DNA from: Dehalococcoidia bacterium
GTDB taxonomy: Bacteria; Chloroflexota; Dehalococcoidia; Lucifugimonadales; UBA2985
Direction of reading: 5' to 3'
DNA: 64,000 nt
Assembly: GCA_965219025.1 (NCBI GenBank)
Contig: OZ244716.1
Location: forward strand, 221,175-285,174
A program made the translations under genes and the position numbers. How positions within the stretch are numbered: the stretch's first letter is position 1; the number at the start of each line of letters is the position of its first letter. The notes below the pieces were generated by a model that was not told where the DNA came from, made no database searches, and saw nothing but the letters and a program-made list of their open reading frames with translations. Shown one piece after another: positions 57,600-64,000 of this stretch.

Positions 57600-58565
57600 T
57601 CAGCCTACCTCCATCACGATCTTTCCGAATACGCCACGGCTGTTGAGCAGCTCCTGCGCCCGCGTGGCCTCGGTCCACGGCAGGACCTCCTGCACGATGG
57701 TGCGCAGCGTCCCGTCCTCGAACCACGCCAGCATCTGCTCCCAGCCCGCCTGCGCCTCGTCCGCCTGAGCCTCGTTGAACACGCCCATCGCCTTCACCCA
57801 CTGCCCCTTCCGCTCCAGCTCCCGCTCCTCGTACTCTGAGCGCGGGCCGGTGTGGCCGCCCACCGTGACAACGCGGCCGCCCTCCGCGAGCGCCTTCAGC
57901 GTCGCATCGAAGGTGGTGCCCCCAACCGTGTCCAGCGCCATGTCCACGCCCCGACCGTCCGTAAGGCGCAGCAACTCCTCCGCGACGTTTTGGCTGGAGT
58001 AGTTCACGCCCGCCTCCGCCCCAAGCTCGCACCCCCGAGCCACGCGCTCGTCCGAACCGGCGCTGGTGAGCACGCGCGCTCCGAGCGCCTTCGCCAGCTG
58101 TATGCCCGCCATGCCGACGCCGCTGCCCGCCGCGTGGATCAACGCCGTCTGTCCTGGAGCGAGTTCCGCCATCTGAAATGCGTACCACGCAGTGAGGAAG
58201 ACGCACGGCAGAGAGGCCGCGTCGGCCATGGACATGCCGGCGGGAGGGCGATACGCCAGCGCGGCGTTTGTGACTGCGTACTCCGCATAGGCGCCCCTCA
58301 CGAGCGCCGTAACCGAGTCGCCGGCCTGCCAGCCGGTTACCTCCGCGCCCACCGCTTCGACCACTCCGGCCACGTCCAGCCCGGGAATCCTGGGAGGCTC
58401 CGGCTGTCCATCCGGGGCTGTACGCCTGCGGTAGAGGTCGGCGCGATTCAGCCCGATCGCCTGGGCCTTGATCAGGACCTGGCTCGCCTCAAGCTCTGGA
58501 TTCGGAACGTCCTCCAACCGTAGCTCGTCGCCGTCGTCAAGGAAGTGAATTCTAATGGCCTTCAC
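57600..58565 (-). CDS. NADPH:quinone oxidoreductase / zinc-type alcohol dehydrogenase-like (MDR family)
   Basis: VLIKAQAIGLNRADL...AGVVEAVG...LIHAAGSGVGMAGIQLAKALGA Rossmann motif...GKIVMEV. Confidence 0.9.
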   Translation of the reverse strand: MKAIRIHFLDDGDELRLEDVPNPELEASQVLIKAQAIGLNRADLYRRRTAPDGQPEPPRIPGLDVAGVVEAVGAEVTGWQAGDSVTALVRGAYAEYAVTNAALAYRPPAGMSMADAASLPCVFLTAWYAFQMAELAPGQTALIHAAGSGVGMAGIQLAKALGARVLTSAGSDERVARGCELGAEAGVNYSSQNVAEELLRLTDGRGVDMALDTVGGTTFDATLKALAEGGRVVTVGGHTGPRSEYEERELERKGQWVKAMGVFNEAQADEAQAGWEQMLAWFEDGTLRTIVQEVLPWTEATRAQELLNSRGVFGKIVMEVG

Positions 58566-58610
58566 GCTGTACCTCCTCTGGGTTAGGTCTACCTGGTTTC
58601 CGGCTTCGGT

Positions 58611-59285
58611 TCAGTCCGCCTCGGTGTCCTCCTGCGAATCTTCTTCCGTGGACCCTTCGGAGAACGCTGCATTCCGCCGGGCGGCCCATCCGCTCAGCCA
58701 GCGGCGGTACTCGTCGAGGGCGGGCGGCGCCACGAAGAACACCTCCACGCCTTCGGGAAACTGGACCTGGTGCCGCTCGTTGATGAACAGAACTCCGACC
58801 TCGTCTTCGCCGAGCGTCTCGTCGATGCGTTGAGCCACGTACTCGTACCGCCTGCGGGTGCCGTCCGCCAGCCACTCGCGCAGCATGGCGGGCACGCGCG
58901 CGCCTGCGAATGGCAGCATGAGGCAGCCCTGCAGGTCGAGGGTGTCCAGCAGGGCCTCCGCGTCCTCAGTGGCCTCGTACGAGGCCCCGGCCGCGCACCT
59001 CGCCGCTATGAACGCGTGGCATTGCCCGTCCACGCTCTCCATCCTGGCGAGCGCCTGCTCGCCGCCGTCCGTCACGCTCTCGTGATAGACGTGCCTGACC
59101 GGGCCGAGGCCCGCCTCCAATGATGCGACCTGGGCGCGGACCTGATCCCAGTAGCGCTCCACGATGGCGCTGCCCTCAGCCTCATCTACGGGAGGCGGGT
59201 ACACGCGGGGCACCAGAAGCAGCTTCCTCTTGCCACGGAACGCCTCTGATGAGGGCCGCTCCATTCGACCGAGCTCCTGGCTCAT
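58611..59285 (-). CDS. hypothetical protein (about 224 aa)
   Basis: Long ORF with typical high-GC third-position bias. I prefer the ATG at 59285 (MSQELGRMERP). No recognised family. Confidence 0.55.
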   Translation of the reverse strand: MSQELGRMERPSSEAFRGKRKLLLVPRVYPPPVDEAEGSAIVERYWDQVRAQVASLEAGLGPVRHVYHESVTDGGEQALARMESVDGQCHAFIAARCAAGASYEATEDAEALLDTLDLQGCLMLPFAGARVPAMLREWLADGTRRRYEYVAQRIDETLGEDEVGVLFINERHQVQFPEGVEVFFVAPPALDEYRRWLSGWAARRNAAFSEGSTEEDSQEDTEAD

Positions 59286-59495
59286 GGCTGCACCTCTGCT
59301 GAATCGACCTGGTACGCTGCACATATGGTAGCAGAGATGGCGTGGATTGACACGCCAGGCTTGGCCGGAACGTCGTTGAGCCCGCTTGTCAGGTCAGCGT
59401 AGGCCTCTCGGATGAGGTGAAGGGCACGACTCGCGCCCCACGCCGTTGACGTTTGGTTATACTTCTTTAGTCGTCCGCATCACGAAACCAAACGC

Positions 59496-59524
59496 TTGAC
59501 AGGAAGTCCACGCTGAAATAGTAT
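59496..59524 (+). promoter_or_regulatory. strong-looking sigma70 promoter (TTGACA-17-TAGTAT), about 360 nt upstream of the next annotated gene
   Basis: TTGACA at 59496-59501, a 17-nt spacer, and TAGTAT at 59519-59524. Confidence 0.45.
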
Positions 59525-59883
59525 CGGGTCAGCTGGTTAGCGTTCCGTTAGAGACGCCAGAGCCGGCATTACGCGTGCAGAAAGGGGGACGTCCGATGGC
59601 CCTGAGCGACTCAACCGCCACGCCTTTCACGCTCCCTCCTGAGCTGCACGGCGGCAGAATCATCAGCCATTCCGGCCGCACCTCTGTGGAACCTCCGGGC
59701 CTGCACCGGCCATAGGTATTACCGGCGCAGCTTCGCACTGCAGCGCAGCAGCCCAAGCTAATTTGCGGCTACTGCCATTCCCAAGTCCCTTTCTCACCCT
59801 GTCCCAGAGATTTAAGGCCGGACACCCATTGAACCGTCCGACCGGCCAGCCTGCTTACCTTACACCTGAGGAGAGCTATACGT

Positions 59884-61002
59884 ATGGACAACCGAGACAT
59901 CCGCTACTACTCGTCACTCTACGGCGGATTCTGGAGCTTTGACGTCCGCGACTTCTGCTACATGACCAACCAGTACTTCCCGCCGGACTCCTTCATCGAG
60001 GCCCTGAGCCGGAGGCTGACCCGGCTTGTGAAGTCCTACCCGTCCACCAACTGGTACCTCTCCTCCCTCGCGGCCCAGCCGCTCGGCCTGACCCACGAGG
60101 AGCTTGTCATTGCCAACGGCGCAAGCGAGCTCATCAGCGCCATTTCGGACCGGTTCGTTTCACGCCTGGCGGTGGCCGTCCCCACCTTCGACGAGTTCGT
60201 GAACCGCGCGGCCACGCAGGGCAAGACCGTGTCCGCCTACCAGCTCAGCGGCGACTTCCACCTGGACGTAGACGACTTTGCGCGTCACGTACTGGAATCC
60301 GGATCCAACGCGGCCCTTCTCATCAACCCGAACAATCCGACCGGGCTGTCCACGTCGAATGCGGATGTGCTGCGGTTCTTGGACACGCTGCGAAACCTCG
60401 ACCTTGTCATCATCGACGAGTCGTTCATCGACTTCGTGGACGCGGACCTGCACCCGTCCATCATGCCGCACCTCGCCGACTACCCCAACGCGATCGTGCT
60501 GAAGAGCCTGTCCAAGGCCTACGGCATCCCCGGACTGCGCCTTGGCTACGCCGCCTCAGCGAACCAGAGCAGGATCGCGGAGCTGCGCAGCCACCTGCCT
60601 ATCTGGGGCATAAACTCCCTGGCGCAGTTCTACCTGGAGACCATCGGGGAGTTCCGGCAGGAGTTCATCGAATCGTGCGCCGAGGTGAGACGGGCAACAC
60701 GCCTCCTCCACGACGGCCTGGAGGACGTGCCGTACCTCACGCCCTATCCCACGCATGCCAACTTCGTATTCAGCCGCGTGGCCGATGGCCTCACGTCGAC
60801 CGAGCTGACCACGCGCCTGTTCGAGCAGAGCCGGATCCTGATCAACGACTGCGGCCGCAAGCGCGGCCTGGACGGCAAATACGTCAGGATGGCGTCCCGC
60901 ACCGCGGAGGAGAACGCGCAGCTCGTGGAGGCCCTAATGGACCTTGCACGGCCGGAAGCCGCTAGCGGGGCAGCCAGCGCAGCAGGAGGTGCACAGCGAT
61001 GA
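59884..61002 (+). CDS. class I/II PLP-dependent aminotransferase-fold enzyme (HisC/CobD-like; possible phospho-amino-acid decarboxylase)
   Basis: NGASELI...INPNNPTG...IIDESFIDF...LKSLSKAYGIPGLRLGY (PLP lysine in SLSK) is the pattern of histidinol-phosphate aminotransferase / threonine-phosphate decarboxylase relatives. Confidence 0.8.
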   Translation: MDNRDIRYYSSLYGGFWSFDVRDFCYMTNQYFPPDSFIEALSRRLTRLVKSYPSTNWYLSSLAAQPLGLTHEELVIANGASELISAISDRFVSRLAVAVPTFDEFVNRAATQGKTVSAYQLSGDFHLDVDDFARHVLESGSNAALLINPNNPTGLSTSNADVLRFLDTLRNLDLVIIDESFIDFVDADLHPSIMPHLADYPNAIVLKSLSKAYGIPGLRLGYAASANQSRIAELRSHLPIWGINSLAQFYLETIGEFRQEFIESCAEVRRATRLLHDGLEDVPYLTPYPTHANFVFSRVADGLTSTELTTRLFEQSRILINDCGRKRGLDGKYVRMASRTAEENAQLVEALMDLARPEAASGAASAAGGAQR

Positions 61003-61832
61003 AGGCAGTCATACTCGCAGCCGGCCAAGGGTCAAGACTACGTCCGCTCACCAACAGCCTGCCAAAGTGCCTGGTGCCAATGTACCGCCGGCCCATGATC
61101 GAGTACCAGATGGAGTACCTCGACAGGGCCGGGTTCAGGGAATGCGTGATTGTGGTTGGCTACCTGGGCGACATGGTGCGCAGACGAATCGGGACCCGAT
61201 TCGGACGCATCGACGTCAAGTACGTCGCCAACGAGGTCTACGACCGCACGAACAACATCTACTCGCTCTGGCTAGCCCGCCACGAGCTCAACGACGATGT
61301 GCTGCTCCTGGAGGGCGATCTGGTCTACGAGTACGGGCTGCTCCAGGACATGCTCAGGAATCAGAGCCGCAACGTGGCGGTGGTCGATCGCTTCCGTCCG
61401 CCAATGAACGGCACCGTGATTCTGGCCCAAGACGGCGTCAGCACGGCGATGGTGCTCAAGTCACAGCAGTCGCCCGAATTCGACTTCACGCGCGCACTCA
61501 AGACAGTCAATATCTACACGCTCTCACGCGAGAGCCTGGCCACGGCGATTGTTCCAAGGTTGGACGCATTCGTATCCCAGGGACTCACCGGCGAGTACTA
61601 CGAGGCGGTTATGTCAGACCTCATCGGCCGCGGAGAGCTTCAGATGGCGGTCCACCTCGCCGGCAAGCGCATGTGGACGGAGATCGACACCGAAGAGGAG
61701 CTGCACGAGGCCGAGCAGCAGTTTGCAGGTCTGTTCACCACGGCCCACGCCATGCCGAAGACTGCGGCAGCTCGCGCTGCCGCATACGGCAACGCGGCTT
61801 CTGCCGGAGAGCGGCGGGCGCGCCAGCAGTAG
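60999..61832 (+). CDS. LicC-like nucleotidyl(cytidylyl)transferase
   Basis: MKAVILAAGQGSRLRPLTNSLPKCLVP is the NTP-transferase signature. Size and motifs resemble phosphocholine/phospho-alcohol cytidylyltransferases. 4-nt overlap with the upstream gene. Confidence 0.8.
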   Translation: MKAVILAAGQGSRLRPLTNSLPKCLVPMYRRPMIEYQMEYLDRAGFRECVIVVGYLGDMVRRRIGTRFGRIDVKYVANEVYDRTNNIYSLWLARHELNDDVLLLEGDLVYEYGLLQDMLRNQSRNVAVVDRFRPPMNGTVILAQDGVSTAMVLKSQQSPEFDFTRALKTVNIYTLSRESLATAIVPRLDAFVSQGLTGEYYEAVMSDLIGRGELQMAVHLAGKRMWTEIDTEEELHEAEQQFAGLFTTAHAMPKTAAARAAAYGNAASAGERRARQQ

Positions 61833-61859
61833 GCCGCGCCGCAGCCGCCTGCCACCGTG

Positions 61860-62178
61860 GTCACTCTGAGCGCAGCGAAGAGTCCAAAGCCTGCCGCCAT
61901 CATGCGCGCCCCGCGGCCCAGTGGCGCTGCCTGCTATCCGCCTCGCCCGGGTGCCAGCTCCCTGCTTCCGCAGACTCTTGATTAGCTCCAGCGTTGTTCG
62001 CTAGGAAATGCCCTTCGTTTGTAATTCTGAGCGCAACGCGGTGGAGCCGAAGAATCCGGAACCTCTGCTGACTCCACCACCCGTCCCCAGAACCGGACCA
62101 GTCCTGACCTCCTAGGGCCGACATTGCACGATCGTCTTGGACGCGAGTTACGCAAAGGTCTGCTTCCGCAGGGATGAC
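61860..62178. repeat. cluster of three family A REP-like arms
   Basis: gtcactctgagcgcagcgaagagtc (61860-61884,+), gtaattctgagcgcaacgcggtggagccgaagaatcc (62021-62057,+), and cttccgcagggatgac (62163-62178), which is the reverse complement of gtcatccctgcggaag. Confidence 0.55.
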
Positions 62179-62286
62179 GGCAGTAGGAGGTTAACCCGCC
62201 CGCCCCGCGCGCTTCTCACGCCCTACGTTGGCGGCTACAATGACAGCCGCGCACATTGAAACACCTCAGGCGCAAGGAGGACCCAA

Positions 62287-62646
62287 ATGGAGCCAGTAGC
62301 CTGGGATCGAATTCAAGAGGACCGGCTCATTGAGGGTATCACTCGCCGCATAGTCACCGGCGACAAAGTGATGCTGGGACGCCTGCACTTCCCCAAGGGC
62401 GCCAAGGTGCCCGCCCACACCCACGAAAGCGAGCAGATCACCCACGTCGTCAGCGGCGCGTTGCACTTCGTGGTCGCGGGCGAGGAGATGGTGGTACACG
62501 CCGGCGAGACTCTCGTAATTCCGTCGTTCGTCGAACACAGCGCCGAAGCGCTGGAGGAAACCGACGACATCGACGCGTTCGGCCCCATACGCACGGACTG
62601 GCTGGACGGCTCCGACGCCTACCTTCGCGCAGATCCGGCCCGGTAA
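62287..62646 (+). CDS. cupin-domain protein
   Basis: GAKVPAHTHESEQITHVVSGALHF...GETLVIPSFVEHSAEA gives the two cupin His-containing motifs. Confidence 0.8.
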   Translation: MEPVAWDRIQEDRLIEGITRRIVTGDKVMLGRLHFPKGAKVPAHTHESEQITHVVSGALHFVVAGEEMVVHAGETLVIPSFVEHSAEALEETDDIDAFGPIRTDWLDGSDAYLRADPAR

Positions 62647-62656
62647 AAGCGCCCGG

Positions 62657-63934
62657 CTAGATCACCCTGCTTTCGCGGAGGAGCACCAACTCGGAGGGGC
62701 TGAGCCCCATCTCCTGGCTCAGGACACGCTCGTTGTCTTCGCCCAGCATCGGCGCACGGCGGCGCATTCGCCACGGAGTCTTGCTGAACATCGCCGGGTG
62801 GCCGGGGTAAGCGAACGACTTCCCAAGCTCCGGGTGCTCCACCTCCGGGAAGAAGCCCCTGTCGTCGCGAAAGTGCTCGTCCTCCAGGTTCTCCTCCGGC
62901 GAGCGTATGACCGCCCACGCCAGCCTGATCTGCTGGCCGCCGTGGTAGGACTCGTCCGCGGGCTGCGCGGCGATGAACTCCTCAATTCGCTCCCTGAGAA
63001 AGTCCATCTCCGGGCCGCTGCGCACGCCTTGGCTGATCAGCTCCCGGTACTTGTCTTCCTTAAGGCCCTCCGCCATCTCCTTCTCGTCCATCCACGTCAC
63101 CATGCGGTTCCACCGGTCGAGCGACCTGGGCGGAATGTCGAAGCCGTTTATGAGCTTGTTGTCGGAGCTGGTGAACTGGCTCGACGGCGTGGGCGTGAGG
63201 CCGTGGTGTCGCCCCGTCTGGCGAATCGGCACCTTCCTATCGAAGAACCAGTTGGGCATGGCGGCCTCGGTCGTGCAGGAAAGCGACTCGTGGATGGACA
63301 CGTCAACCCACTGGCCCTGGTCCGTGAAGTCACGATAGACCACGGCGGTCATGGTGCCCATCACGCCGAAGTTGCATCCCGTCGCATAGCCCATCCAGCC
63401 GTCGCTGCAGATGGGCGGCGCGTCCTCGATGTGGTCGTAGCCGCAGCTGGCCATGATGCCGCCCATCGCCATGGACACCAGGTCGGACGCCTTCATGTCC
63501 CTGTACGGCCCCGTCTGGCCGAACGGCGTCAGCGACGTCATCACTATCTTCGGGTTTATCTTGGACAGCTCCTCGTAGCCAAGGCCGAGGGAGTCCAGGT
63601 AACCAGGCTGAAACGACTCCAGCACCACGTCCGCCTTCTTCACCATCTCCCTGAGAATGGAGGCGCCGCGACCCGTGGTGATGTCCAACGTGACACTTTC
63701 CTTGTTGGTGCTGTGGTACCAGAAGAGCAGGCTGTTGTTGGGGTCCGGCTTGTCCTGGTAGAAGGGGCCGATGTGCCGCGCCGGGTGGCCCGCCGGCGGC
63801 TCTACGATGGTCACCCTTGCGCCCATGTCCGCCATCATCTTGCCCATGTACATGCCCTTCTCGTCCGTAAGGTCGATTACGACCAGGTCCTCCAGGGCCA
63901 TGGGCTGTGAATCGAGGTTGCTCGTTATCGTCAT
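62657..63934 (-). CDS. family III CoA-transferase (CaiB/BaiF)
   Basis: LEDLVVIDLTDEKGMYMGKMMADMGARVTIVEPP...DVVLESFQPGYLDSLGLGYEEL is the typical N-terminal signature. Confidence 0.9.
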   Translation of the reverse strand: MTITSNLDSQPMALEDLVVIDLTDEKGMYMGKMMADMGARVTIVEPPAGHPARHIGPFYQDKPDPNNSLLFWYHSTNKESVTLDITTGRGASILREMVKKADVVLESFQPGYLDSLGLGYEELSKINPKIVMTSLTPFGQTGPYRDMKASDLVSMAMGGIMASCGYDHIEDAPPICSDGWMGYATGCNFGVMGTMTAVVYRDFTDQGQWVDVSIHESLSCTTEAAMPNWFFDRKVPIRQTGRHHGLTPTPSSQFTSSDNKLINGFDIPPRSLDRWNRMVTWMDEKEMAEGLKEDKYRELISQGVRSGPEMDFLRERIEEFIAAQPADESYHGGQQIRLAWAVIRSPEENLEDEHFRDDRGFFPEVEHPELGKSFAYPGHPAMFSKTPWRMRRRAPMLGEDNERVLSQEMGLSPSELVLLRESRVI

Positions 63935-64000
63935 TTCGCTCCTCGCTGCACCGGCCGGCGGTGCCTCTTCGACTAGAACACCGCCTGTTCGGACATCTCA

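Noticed and set aside
59529-59756. 75-aa minus-strand ORF in the long leader upstream of 59884
   Set aside because: It has no ribosome-binding site or motifs and lies opposite the promoter-proximal plus-strand small ORF. It is treated as non-coding.
62798-63910. 370-aa plus-strand ORF. The same applies to 19064-20047(+), 28114-29085(+), 28568-29458(-), 35033-35740(-), 20074-20682(+) and similar ORFs.
   Set aside because: All lie opposite to or out of frame with genes carrying strong family motifs. Their composition is dominated by Arg/Gly/Ala/Pro, as expected for off-frame translation of GC-rich coding DNA.

Overview
High-GC bacterial chromosomal window (GC judged by eye, not computed). The gene content and the dense REP-like intergenic repeats look Chloroflexota-like, but that is inference only. 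I support about 65 protein-coding genes and found no rRNA, tRNA or CRISPR array.

Most of the window is housekeeping:
- an OmpR-type two-component system
- hemL, plus a translationally coupled tetrapyrrole operon (sirC-hemA-hemC-cobA/hemD-hemB)
- dnaE, purC, tgt
- aspS-tig-clpP-clpX
- xseAB-efp-pepP-aroQ
- rsmD-coaD
- a System-I cytochrome c maturation cluster (ccmH-ccmF-x-x-ccmG)

Accessory or unusual content:
1. A 1.5-kb visibly lower-GC two-gene cassette sits between a ThrC-like gene and aspS. It encodes a small HKH-motif protein and a DUF1828/DUF1829-like protein. A perfect 36-bp direct repeat brackets it and duplicates the aspS promoter. This is my best candidate for an undescribed mobile or defence-type module.
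2. A CysO-like sulfur carrier, a stand-alone NIL domain protein and a ThrC-like enzyme form one operon. This suggests protein-thiocarboxylate-dependent homocysteine synthesis.
3. An IS5-type element with YTAR target duplication is inserted into a palindromic REP/MITE-like repeat, and its transposase is interrupted.
4. A decayed IS427-like remnant lies inside a lower-GC islet that also carries purC.
5. Also present: a GT-C glycosyltransferase fused to two PA14 domains, a low-GC lipoprotein metalloprotease with Thr/Pro tandem repeats, a zinc-ribbon miniprotein missing from the ORF track, and two families of dispersed intergenic repeats.

Many long ORFs in the track are antisense shadows typical of high-GC DNA and were rejected. 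All family assignments come from motif recognition and memory, not from searches.
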